NCBI GenBank assembly: GCA_977017645.1
Contig: OZ360235.1
Location: forward strand, 43,400,001-43,464,000
DNA from: Torpedo marmorata
Lineage: Eukaryota
Reading direction: 5' to 3'
Length of the DNA stretch: 64,000 nucleotides
The position numbers and the translations under genes are program-made. The notes below the pieces were generated by a model. That model was not told the DNA's origin. It saw nothing but the letters and a program-made list of their open reading frames with translations, and did not search any database. This document shows positions 13,624 to 26,700 of this stretch, in pieces; position 1 is the first letter of the stretch; each line of letters opens with the position of its first letter.

Positions 13624-14298
13624 CAGTAAAATCCCCAGTATCTGGAATTCATGCAACCGGCAACCTAACCAATGGGCAAAAAAAGTAAATTAAAAAAAGT
13701 AAATAAGAATAAATAAAAGTTTTAAATTGTAAAAGTAAGTGTTCTCCGAAGCAAAACACAACTGCTTGTGAAGATGGGAGCAAGCGGAGCACCCCGGTCA
13801 TGCTCCACCGCAGCAGCTGTTTGAATAAAGTTTCAATAAAGTTGTGTTTGAATAAAATGGCCGTGCCCAGGACGAAGAGCCGGCAGATGCCGCTCACCGC
13901 TGGGACGACTCTCCCAAAGTGTCTCCCTATCCCTTCCTTGTAAGAGCCTTTATATTTATTAGTATTAAGTATGTTAGTGAGGCTTTATCTGTAAACTTGG
14001 GGGAGGGGGTGTTAATTATGATGCCGACACCGTTAGTGCAGTACTGCTACAGTGCCAGTGACCAAGGTTAGAATTTAAATTTACATTTTGCAAGTAATGG
14101 AAATTACCTGATTAAACTGAACTTTATATAATTAAGGACTACAATACTGATTTTTTTTCAAATCACTTTACATATTGCACTGTCTTTTAAACTGTGCATT
14201 CTTAACGTAGGTGTATTAGTTAGGTATTGCTAAGAGTGAAGATTCGCATAACTGGCATCTGTGATCCCCGTAGGTGCAAGATACTGGGGATTTTGCTG
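13624..14298. mobile_element. Tigger/pogo-like MITE, family A copy 1
   Basis: TIRs CAGTAAAATCCCCAGTATC / GATACTGGGGATTTTGCTG, TA TSDs; homologous, inverted, to 39469-40181. Confidence 0.88.
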
Positions 14299-14660
14299 TA
14301 ATATCAAAGTTGTAAGCAGATTTACTGTTAACAGGGAGAGGATAGTCAATGGCTATGGATTGGAATTTGTGGAGGTAACTTAATTTCCACAGTTCACAAT
14401 ATTTATTTGGAGAATGTTGGACAATCTGACTAGTGGACTATAGAATCACAAGATGGTGGTGAGATGTAGGGCACTTTCTGTTGATGGACAAGACATACAA
14501 AAACATAGACAAGGATAGATTCTAGGGGGAGGGGGAGAACAGCAGGATAATAGTGTGCTCAGTTTGAATACATGTTGTCAAGAGGAACTTTTGGTAGAGC
14601 ACAGATTATTCTTGTTATGCCAAAAGTACTTTTGAAGTTGCAATTAGTTGACAAACTTAC

Positions 14661-14795
14661 CCATCCTCCTTGCTGGATGATAAAGTCAGCATCTGTCTCC
14701 TCGATGTACTTCACTCCAAGCTCTACCAGCATCTTTAGTGATGGCTCTCTGTGACTGGTCAGTAATTGCCTTAACACCACCAGAGATAGCATAAC
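14661..14795 (-). CDS. BCL2L13: BCL2L13 coding exon 5 (VMLSLVVLRQLL...ADFIIQQGGW, BH2 motif)
   Basis: ttttgtag| acceptor, TGG|gtaagt donor; ORF 14559..14792. Confidence 0.94.
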
Positions 14796-17700
14796 CTACA
14801 AAATAAAATTGGTATAATAGTAAAATACAAGATTAACAAACATACCTAATTTATTAAGTTCTTAAAGGACCCACTGGATTAACAGCCCAACAGCAGTGGC
14901 ATACAATTACATTAATCTCCAATTAAATTGAAAGGAAAGAAAGCTATTTTGCCATTTCTTCTTCCTTTAAATAGATCTTTAGCCTTGACACATGCAAGTT
15001 TCTTCATGAAGTGCAAGAAAAAGTTAAAAATGTAGTAAATTATTAAAACTTTCAAAAAAGGCACTAAATAGTTACCACCTTTTTCATGGTGCCTACAATG
15101 CACTTCATGTCATGGTAACTATCTCTTCACTCTTTACAAAAAAGTAGAAATCCACAACTATTTCATTCAGCATCCTCCACAAATTTGATGACGATGCTAA
15201 AACAGATACATAACTGCGCACAAACTTGACTTTTTTCCTCTTTTGAGAGATGAGCAAGTTTCTTGTTTTTCCTTCACGATCTTGGCTTGAGCACACTGCC
15301 ATTTCATAGGAACTGCAACACCAGTTCAGAAGTTTTATGATGAGATAATAAAGAAAGCAGAATTAAGAGGTTTCTACATTACAACTTACCCTGCACTCTC
15401 CAAGAACAAAAACCTGTCCCTTCCAGAATCCATTACTATTTTAAGAAAGGTCTATTATGAATATCATTATCAAACATACTTTTCAGACCCACAATGGATT
15501 TGGCAAAACAGTGAACATACCCAAAGCATCCAATTTACTAGCTTGAGGATGCTGCCTGGATTGAAGAATATGCATTACGAGGATAGGTTAAGTGAGCTAG
15601 GGCTTTTCTCTTTGGAATGACAGAGGACAAGAAGCATCATAAAAGAGGTGTTTAAAATTATGACGGACATAAACAATAGAGAGCCACCATATTTTTCCCC
15701 AGGGCAGCAATGGCCAATGCCAGAGGACATCCGTTTAAGGTGAGTGGAAGTTTAGGGGGAGATGTCAGAGGCAATTTAAAAAAAACAAAACAAAAAAGTA
15801 GTGGGTACCTGGAATGCACTACTGGGGGTAGTGTTGAGGCCGATAAAATAGGGACATTTAAAAGACTCTTGGATAGGCACATGGATGCAAGAATAGTAGA
15901 GGGTTATAGACTTTGAGGGAGGGAAGGATTAGGTTGATTGTGGAGTAGGTTTACATGGGGTGGCACAACATTGCACGCTGAAGGGACTGTACTATGCTAT
16001 ACTGTTTATTCTATGTTCTATATTAAAAGGACGACCTCCAATTTAATAACATCTGATCAGAAAGTTGCAATGCATTCAATATTTGACTGTTTTATCACAA
16101 CCGTAAAATATACTCTTGCATTAAAAAGGAAATATAAAGAAAACTTCAGGAATCAGATTGATGAAATAAAATATTCCCTATTTTTCCCAAATATTTTGTA
16201 CAAGGGTCCAAAATTTTTGTTCTCAAAACAAAATTCAACAATTCTAGCAAGTTGTGAAATTGAACAAAGTTTGCAAATTGTTTGCCACCAAGAAACTACT
16301 GGATTTCAAATGATAATTTCAGCTATTTCATTAAATGTTTCTGCTCCCAACTCAAGGACATTATCCACAAGATTCTTAGTGTCTCCAGTAAGATAAGATG
16401 GCTAAAAGTGAAGTAATCTTACTATTATTTTGTCAATGATTTGGCAGAACTCTTTCTCTACCATAACCATCCAGCCAGTAAATTATCCCTGGTTCCAAAG
16501 AGAAGATGACGCCAGGTGCAGAATCAGATGCAAATAAAAAGGAGGAGCCAATCTGATAGAAGACGTTGTGAGCAGTGATATCAAGCAGCAATTACTTACA
16601 ATGTGACCAAAAGGGAATTACTAATCAATATTCAATTGAGGTACACCTGGCCTATCCACTCCAGAAGTCATTAAAATTGGATTCAAATGTGGAGAAACGA
16701 GAATGAATTACAGGTACCAAGCAACTCAAGTGTACTTCATAACAATGGCATCTGGAACCAGAATACAATCGATTTGATTGAAAGGAAAAATAACGTTGCA
16801 ATGGAAGCAAACAGAAAGTAATAATCAAATCTCAGCCCTAGAATGCTTCAGAGATTCTTAGACCTAGGTTCCAAGTCCAAGCATTTTAGCTGCCTTATCA
16901 ATAAAATTCCCTTTATATGTTGGGGGTAGAGGAATGAGATTGCTTTGATGGGATTATTTTCAGTTTTGTTCACTGCTACTCAGCTCGAAGCAGACTGTTG
17001 AAGATTAGGAAAATATTTTGGCTTGGACTGATAAGGGGCAAATAAATTTGGACAATACAAAAGTGCTATCAATGCAATCTGTAAAAGAATAATCTAATCA
17101 CCTTTCTTCTGCATTTAGTACCATTACCAGTCAAATATTCAACCATTAGTATTCAGACTAAACTAACCCAGTCCTTTGTATTACTGACTACAGCAATATA
17201 AAGCTTAGAATTATTCCTCAAATAACTTGCTTGCTGACTCTCTAAACTCAAGCCCAGCAGTGTACTTGCCAGATGCTTCAATCAATGCAGCTTTCATCAC
17301 ACTCAAGTAGCTCATGGAGAGGACAAAGCAGCCTACTTGTTGGTTCTCCATCTACTATTTCAAATTATTATCATGGGGGTGCAGTGCCTGCAGCGTACCA
17401 TCTACAAGATGCACTTCAGTGACTACAGACAATAGCCGATCTCAAATCCACCACCAAAAGCTGGAGGCAAAAAAACAGGGGTATAAATATTATTAACTTC
17501 AATTACCAAATAGATAGACTATTTAAAAAAAATGATAGTACAATAGTAGGCCCTTCCGGTCCAGGAGAAACGTGCAGCCCAATTACACCCAATTAACCTA
17601 CCAACTCCGTAGGGTTTTGGAGGGTGGGAAGAAAATGGAGAACCCGGAGAAACCCCACACAGGTCACAGGGAGAACATACAAACTCCTTACAGGCAGTGC

Positions 17701-20700
17701 CAGATTCGAACCAAGGCTGCTGGTGCTATAACAGCATTGCACTAACCTTTACTCTAACTGGACTGCTTATGTTTGGAAGAAAAACAGAAAACACTGGATG
17801 ACAGTAATTCTAGAGAGGAAAAACAGAATGTTTCAGGTTAATGCTCTCCTTGGAAAAGCAACAGACAGTGCACTCTACATTTGGCTGGGAATTTGTTACA
17901 CAATACGAGAAGCAAGGGAAAAGAGACAAGGAAAATGTCTTCAGTCTCAATTGAGCCTTCAGATTTTTTTTTTTCTTTTGCATCTCACCTTTTAACTCTA
18001 CACTTTCAAACCAAATTACTTGTGTTCAGATTTGAACGTACTGTTTCTCTTCAATGAGCCAGGGCTTGCTGGTACTACCAGAGAAAAAGTAATTCCAGGC
18101 AATGTGTTTACAGGTGGAGCTGAAATAAAATTCTACTGCTGCTAATGTCCACTTCGAACAGTTGGACCCCACACACATCATGCATGTGAAGGCGCAACTT
18201 AGTCACTACAGGGAACTCCAACAAGATTATGGATGATGCTTTGCAGGTAAAAAACACAAATGCTGGAGAAACTCAGCAGGTCAAACAGTGTCTTTTATGT
18301 AGCAAAGGTAGAAATACATAACCAACGTTTCGGGCTTGAGCCCTTCATTAAAGTATGAGAAAATGCCGGCAAGCATCCGAACAAAAGAGTGGGGGGGAGG
18401 GGGTGGCAAAGGCAGGAGATGATAGGTGGAGAAAGGAGGGAGGGGACAGCAGCAAAGAGGGGGAGGAGGGCTGGGTGGGTGGAAAAAAACAGGAAGGACA
18501 TGTAAGGGGGGAGGGGAAGGAAAAGACAAGCAGGTTTAGTGGAAAGGAGAAAAGTCAATGTTAATGCCATCTGGCTGGAGAGTGCCCAGACGGAAAATGA
18601 GATGTTGTTCCTCCAATTTGCGGGTAGTCTGGGTGGGATAGTACATAAGGCCATGGACAGACATGTGAGTGTGGGAGTGTGACTCGGAATTGAAATGGCT
18701 GGCTACTGGGAGGTCGCTGTTGTTGTGGACGGAGCAATGCTTTGCAGGTAGTTGGATTACAAATTCAAGTGGATTTTTCTCCAAAACTTTCATTTCACAA
18801 TCTGCAACATACCCAGTCTAGCAGATAGATCTTTCAGGACAAAGCAAATTCAAGCATTTGCATTTCCTTGGAACCAATCTTGGATACTCAAATTTTCCAT
18901 CCAGAGTAGGGACAGCAATGGTATAGCAAGAAGAGCTTGTCTCACAGTTCCAGTGACCCGCTTCAATTCTGACATTCAAATCAAACTCCACTTTGCACTC
19001 TCCATGTGATCTCATGAGGATTTCCTCTGAATGCCCTCGTTTCCTGCACATCCCACGTTGGCTGCCACAAGTTGCCTCTCTAGCCGAAACAGCGACTATA
19101 CTTTTTCCTCCCACTGATGCTGCTTGACCCGCTGAGTTCCTCCACCAGAGTTCATTTAACTTCAGATTCCAGCAGCGATATTGTCCTGTCTCTTGTGGAA
19201 ACGGGTGCTTGATGGTTGGCATATACTCGGCCCTGATTGCATGCTGTAAAATTATGATTATGAAAATATTCTGTACCTTTGATATCCTCAATGCTTCTTC
19301 CAAATACAATTTAACACGGAGGATACTGGTCATCAGTTGATGTGCATTGTTATCGTAGGAAGTGATTTGCTCATGTCACGAGACTTAGCGGCAAACATTT
19401 CCTATCAATGATGTATCACAGTGCTGCTATCACTGTTTGGTAAGACAGAAATAATGATGGAGATGTCTGGAATGTTAACTAAAAGGTTTGTCCAGAAGAA
19501 TTAAATGGGCTTTATCATCCTTATTTAACACAAGCTCCATATCAGTGGTCAATCTAATTTTATTCCAATAACTTTTTAAACAGCTGTTTTGATACAACCA
19601 AGTGGCTTGCCATAGCAGCAAGAGCCAGCCACGTAGCATCCCAAACCAACTTATTAACTTTGATGATCAGGAAACCACGAAGAATTGTTGTCTCTCAACA
19701 TCAAAGTTATGGAATTTCACAAAAGTCTGTGAAACTGCAAGCAGCAATCAAAAGATAGGTTTTATTCATTTCTGGCCAAAAGTATTATCAATTTTCAATC
19801 CAAGTCAATTTCTTATTAAATGATAATGGGAAATAAAAATCATTTTTTACTGAATGTAGCTCAAGCTTTTGACTTTCAAAGCACAAAACAATGAACCACA
19901 GGATGTTTTTTGCCAATAGGAAGATCAAAACCATACCATGTCTTGTTATTTTCCCTCTATACAAAGCAAAAATATTCAGCCTCCAGCATTAATTTCCTGC
20001 AAACTTTTTTATGGCTTCATCTAAAGATTCAACGAGTACACATTATAGAGGATAAAAGAAGTTAAGCCAACCCTGATCTCCAAGTCACATGGCACAATTC
20101 TACTGCTTGCAGTAGACTTGCACCTAAAACTCGACAACGTACCAGAGAAATGCAAAAGCATCATTTTAGTGAATAACACGGTTACAAAGCATATCAGTAC
20201 AATATCTCATTCTAGAAGTTAACCAAATACTTTATCACTATCCATCTTACTCAGATAATAGCTATTGTTCCAAGCCAAAAACATCTCAGTGCCTCCTGAA
20301 AACTTTAATTAGTTAAAAAAAGGACTCTTGATAATAGGCTCATAGTCACTTACGCTTAATTTACACATTTTAACTCATTGCTAAGTGTTACAGATGCAGC
20401 CATCTCAATTGACAACAAAAATTTAAAATCAGTAGACAACTTAAAGATGGCAACTGAGTAGGCCACCACTAACACTAACACCATTAACACTTAGCAATGA
20501 GTTAAAATGTGTAAACATTTTAAACATAGAAGTTTTATATTTTAAAAATACAAAATAGCCTTGTATAAACTTGCACAATTTACATACTTTGTACAGCTGC
20601 AAAGAGCAGTTGCCTAAAGTGGACATAACCACTCCTCTATTTGTGGCTTCATTTATTTATTTATTTATTTTTTAAAATTTAGACATACAGCACGGTAACA

Positions 20701-23700
20701 GGCCATTTCAGCCCTCGAGTCCAGCTGCCCAATTTACACCCATTAACCTACACCCCCGGTACGTTTCGACGGTGGGAGGAAACCAGAGCTCCCGGGGAAA
20801 ACCCACGCAGACACGGGGAGAATGCACAAACTCCTTACAGACAGCGCGGGATTCGAACCCCGGTCCCGATCACTGGCGCTGTAAAGGCGTTGCGCTAACC
20901 GCTACGCCAACCGTGTCGCCCTATTGGCCACATTATTTAACCTCAAAACTCAAAAAATAGCTCCAATACTAGTTTGACGGGAATGTTCCAAAATAGTGTG
21001 TTAATTCTACCTTATTCCACCCAGTGGTGTGGCTAGCAAGTTGATTTACTTGCTCTTTGTACAGCTCATACTCCAGGGGTCTGCAAATAGAGACAAAAAA
21101 GCAAAATTGTATGAGATATTTATTTACATGCAACGTACCTTAGAAATCCATAAAGACACATAGCTGACGTCCCCCAAATTTCTTCCAGTAACCTTGGATA
21201 ATATTGGTAATGATACAATAAGGCAATCAAAACATTCCATTACTCATATAGGAGTTGCTACCCAAATATAGCCCAAGGTGAAGGCAGCTATTAAATGATC
21301 ATTTAAGAAACAAGCTGGTGAAATGAAGCCCAACCCCATTTCAACCATATGTCAAACAATAAGTGGTTAGTTAACTAGTACAGGAATTGTAAACCTCTGA
21401 TAATCCACTATCTGTAAAGCACATTGGTTCTCCATCTGGTTCCCAGTTGCTGTGCTGCCCTGAAGTTCATCTTGTTCAGATTTTCTTGCTTTCTTGAAAC
21501 TTGGTTCAATTTCCTAAACTCCTCTGATACTAAACAGGTTCACTGGAAAATTTTATTCTACTGTTTACATCTCAAAAAAGGCTAATTAAAATGAGTTGAG
21601 GCATTAATAAGAATAATATCCATTGGGCTAGAAAATCTGCTGGTCCCAAAAAGTTTCTGTACGCAGAGTTGTTCAGCATGGAAAGAGACCATGAAGACCA
21701 ACTTGCCTACACGGATCAGTGGGCACACTGTATTGTAGGAAACAAAAACCAGGATATGCATGCCTATGGTTTATTTTAATGTTGTGACCGATATCGGACT
21801 CGAATGATGAGATTCGATTAAATGATGGGAATAAACAGATATTTTCCCCAGATTGTCAGGCTGTGGCTTGCAGTGGTGGGGCCCCAAGCACTGATACCTA
21901 GCTATTCATCATCCACTTAAACAATACATTTGAAGGGCCCAAATACTTCAAGTTTTTGCATGATGCAAAACTAGGTGGAATGGCTAGATGGAATAAGCAT
22001 GTTAAGAGGATTTAAAAGATAGACAAGCTGAGTGATTTGGCAAGAACATGGCAGACACAAAGGTGGAAAAATGCAGAAAACAGAAAAGTAGAGTACAGGT
22101 ACTTAAAAATAACTCCTGATGGATGACGTAATGTTGATGTTCAAAAGAGATTGGAGTGCCTGCACACATCACATAGCCATCATGCACACGTAGCAAGTAT
22201 TTTGGAAGATGAATGGTTTATTGCCTTCACTGTGAGAACATTTGAGACCAGGCACAAGGGGCAAATGTATGGGGCTTTGGCAAGACTGCACCTCGAGTAT
22301 TTTGTGGTTATGACTCCTTCCTTGGAGGAAGTCATTAAAAAACCAGATTTCTGGCCAATAAGACTGCACCTCGAAGTGGTCATGACTTCCTTGGAGGAAG
22401 TCATTAAAAAACCAGATTTCTGGCCAATAAGACTGCACCTCGAGTATTTTGTGGTTATGACTCCTTCCCTGGAGGACGTCATTAAAAAACCAGATTTCTG
22501 GCCAATAAGAAAATGTGCAGGAAAATAGCTTCGAGTTAGAAATTAAAACATTTAAACACCATCAACTTGGTATTCTATTGATATAAAGAGTTTTTTTTGC
22601 AACAAGTGTACTCCATGGAATAAATTGACTTGCCATGTGTGATTTGCCCAATTCCAAGTTTCAATTCAACAAAGTCTCAAGTAAAAGTCAGTTGTTTCTA
22701 CACAAAAAGAGCTCAGAAAAGATGAAGAAAAAGAATAGGAACCCAGCATAGGCATGAAAATTTAGCTGTTAAAAAAGGTAAACAGAAGGCTGGAAACTCA
22801 AACCTGCATCAATGCCCTATCTCCAGACATAACAGTTTCAGACAGTGGAAGGCTGCTGAGGACAAATCAACATAGTTTCTATTTTCATGTCTTTGACACC
22901 CAAGTAACAGATTTACACAAGCTGCATGTTATTCAAATGTGCAGCTTTGTTTATAGGCAAGGTGGAGATGCAAATACAAAAGATGCCTCTCACAGCAAAA
23001 CATGTTACTGTGATATCTATTTTGTGAACATTTCTTAAATGCTCCAAATAATCCAACTCACTTGGCAAGAATATTTTGCAGTGCTCCCTGCACCTGCACA
23101 GTAAGCTCCTGTAATACTTTCTCTCCAAGATGAGCCAGGCAATCTTCTATTGAGCTTTCTGGATTTGCGGGACTAAATACTGGAGAAGTATGGCACTCAA
23201 AACCTGTACTGGCAAAGGCTAGAAGAGAGAAGGGAGGGGAAAGAAAGATGGAAGTTTAGAATAATGGAACCTAAAATCAAACAGATCTTCTCCCAGAGGA
23301 AATACCGTAATATCAAAGTCAATATGAAATTGACTACAAAACACTAAACTGTTATACTGTATACACATTCTTCTCCGTGGATTGTCACCTTGTCGTGGTG
23401 AAGAAGCTTTTATGGTCCTGAGATCCCGAGAGCGATGCCGTCTGGAGCTATGCTCTTGGTCGGGCCACCCAAGGCGGTAAGGTCGTGGTGAGGTCCCTGA
23501 CAAAGGACCTCAACAGTGGAACAGGCAGACGAAGTTACTTCGAACTCAACGGCTGTGAAGGCTGCAACAAATCCATCAGCTCCAATCGTCGTGGTTTTCA
23601 TGCCATTGGAACTAGTTGGTTGATTTGTGAAGTATCATGTGCTTCTTGGAGTGCAACATCAAGTACATGTTAAACAAATACACGCACAGGTGTCTTCGCT

Positions 23701-26700
23701 CTGTGGGCCACTTTCCAAGATTGGACTCATAAGCCACTTGAGAGCCCATAGGAACGAAGACCATCCTCGACCTCGAGGGATAGCCACGACAACGACGATA
23801 CACATTATTCAAATTTGACACCCAACAATCATGGACAGGCAAACAGAGCGAACTTTTTTTTAAAGTTTAAAAAACATGACTTTTGGCATTTGATAGCACA
23901 AACATTTAGATCCCGTCTGTTATAAATTAGATATGGTCCCAAGTTACATGAAACTGATTTAAAGTGTAAAAAAATATATATATATATAAAAATAAATAAA
24001 AATGGAGGTACTTTTACTACTTGATACAATCACTTAGCTCTAAACTTGAAATGAAAAAAAACAAAAAAAACAGGGATATGCATTGCACTCAATACTTTAA
24101 AAAATACTCCAAAAAAGTTGAGTCCTTTTCAGTGAAGAAAACAGAAGGAAACAATACAAAAAGCTCACCATGGAATAGGTGTAAAATGCTGCAATACTTC
24201 GATATTTAAAAATTCAACATCAATAATAGTCAATATTGACAGCAGTAATTTAATCATTGTGAAAATAACTTCACACCAAGCTACTGATATGGAACAAGGC
24301 AAATTTTAAAAATGACTACCACCACCCCCCTTCCCTTTTATTTTCAATAAACAAATTTTAATTTCCCAAACATAGCACAGAAGAGCATACAAAACAAATA
24401 TTTTATTTAAAAATTTTAAATCACTGGATAATACATATTATAAAATGCAAAATTATCAAAATACATGTGATATATTTTCACCCTCCCTCCCCCCTTTACT
24501 ATTCTAATAAAATAAAAAAGAAAGAAAAAGATAAAGTAAAGAGAATGTCAATCTAAAAAGAACACGTATAAACTAATTTTATTGTGGAACACAGGTTTGC
24601 CAGTCAGATCCGACATCCAGAGATCTTCAAATCTTTAAACCGACAGTTTTTATATATGGGCTCCATATTTTCAAAAAGAAATGATATTTGTTACGTAAAT
24701 TATAAGTAATTTTTTCAAGTGGTATAGCTGAACGAAGTTCTGCATGCCGTCTCTCTAACCCTAAATCTACATCAGACTTCCATGTAATAGCAACGCATTT
24801 CTTTGAAACAGCTAAAGCAATTCGCAAAAATTCTATTTGATACATATTTAATCTCATTGGATTTGAATGTAACAATAGATGAGGAGCATTGGAAAGAAAT
24901 ATGTAAACAAAGTATGACGAAGATTATTAACGTTAGATATAGGTTAGGGCAACATAACGTTTTGCATCAATTATATTTAACACCTAAGAAATTAAAGAAA
25001 TTTAATCCGACGTTACCAGGTTATTGTTTTAGATGTAACAAAGAGGAAGGTTCGTTTGTACACTTTTTAAAAAAAAATTTTATTTAAATTTTTAAATCAC
25101 ATAATACATAAAATAAAATGCATATATTTGAAAATACATGTGATATACATTTTCTCCCCCCCTTCCCATCCTCCCCTCCCTAACCCCTATATCCCCACTA
25201 CTCTTAAAAAAAAATATAGTAAAAGAGAAAAAGAAAAAAGAAAGATAGAAAAATAGAGTGAGGAGACAACAAACTTCAAACTAATTCTACCATAGAGGTT
25301 ATTTTCGCCAGTGGATCCGATATCTAGAGACTTTAAATTGTTAAACCCATAATTCTCATATATGGGCCCCAAATTTTCAAGAAAAAATGATATTTATTTC
25401 GCAAATTATATGTAATTTATTCTAATGGAATACATGAACGTAACTCTGCATGCCATCGTTTTAAATTTAAATCCACATCTGACTTCCAAGTAATAGCTAT
25501 ACACTTTTTCAAAACTGCTAATACTATAAGTAAAAATTCTACTTGGTACATATTTAATCTATTTCTAATACTAAATTTTTTAATATCTCCAAATAAAAAT
25601 AACATAGGATCCATTGTAAACCCAACATTAAAAATTCTCTCTAAAAAATTCTTAACTTTCAACCAAAAATCTTGAATTTTTGAACATAACCATGTACAAT
25701 GAACAAAAGAGCCTATTTCACTCTTACATCTAAAACACATATCTGATAACGCTGGATTAAATTTCTTCAATTTTTTAGGTGTTAAATATAATTGATGAAA
25801 GAAATTATATTGTACTAATCTAAATCTAACATTAATAACTTCAGTCATACTTAATTTACATAAGTCTTTCCAATGATTTTCATCTATATTAACATTTAAG
25901 TCTAGTTCCCATTTTAATCTAGATTTATGTAACCCTACTTTAGACATCTTTCTCTGAAATAATTTATACATTTGTGATATAAACTTATTAATATTAACTT
26001 TAGTAATTAACAATTCCAATTCATTTTGTCTTGGTGTTACTAATTCATTCCCTAATATCTCAATCAAAAAGGCTTTAACTTGAAAATAAACTAATATTGT
26101 ATTATCTAATATATTACATTTTTCTTTTAACCTTTGAAAAGTAACGAATCTACCAGCTTCAAAACAATCTTTTAAGGTCTTAATTCCCTTTTGAAACCAT
26201 AATTTAAGTAACTGATTGTCAATAGAAAATGGTATAAGCAGATTTTGGTATATTGGTGTATTTAAAGAAATTGATCCTTTCCGACCTATCTCTTTATCTA
26301 CCTGTGACCAAATTTCCAACAAATGTTTAATAATTGGTGAATTTTTCTTTTTAGCTAATAACAATTTAGAGTTCCACTTATAAATAATCTCTTCTTTATG
26401 TATTTCTCCTATATTATTCAATTCTATATTAATCCAAGCAGAAGATTTAGTTGAATCAAAAAATTCATTAATAAATTTTAATTGAGCTGCTTTGTAATAA
26501 TACTGAAAATTAGGAAGTGCAGTCCTCCCATCTCATAATTCCATGTTAATTTATCTATACTTACTCTTGCCAACTTTCCTTTCCATAAAAATTTCCTAAT
26601 AACAAATTTTAAATCCTTAAAAAATTTATTTGGGATTCCAAAAGGAATCGATTGAAAAAGATATTGAATTCTTGGAAAAACATTCATTTTAATACAGTTT

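Noticed and set aside
22282-22510. Regularly spaced direct repeats resembling a CRISPR array
   Set aside because: Whole units are duplicated with no unique spacers, there are no cas genes, and the context is a vertebrate intron.
25417-26421. Longest ORF in the window (334 aa) as a host gene
   Set aside because: It is the C-terminal part of L1/Tx1 ORF2 within a TSD-flanked truncated insertion.
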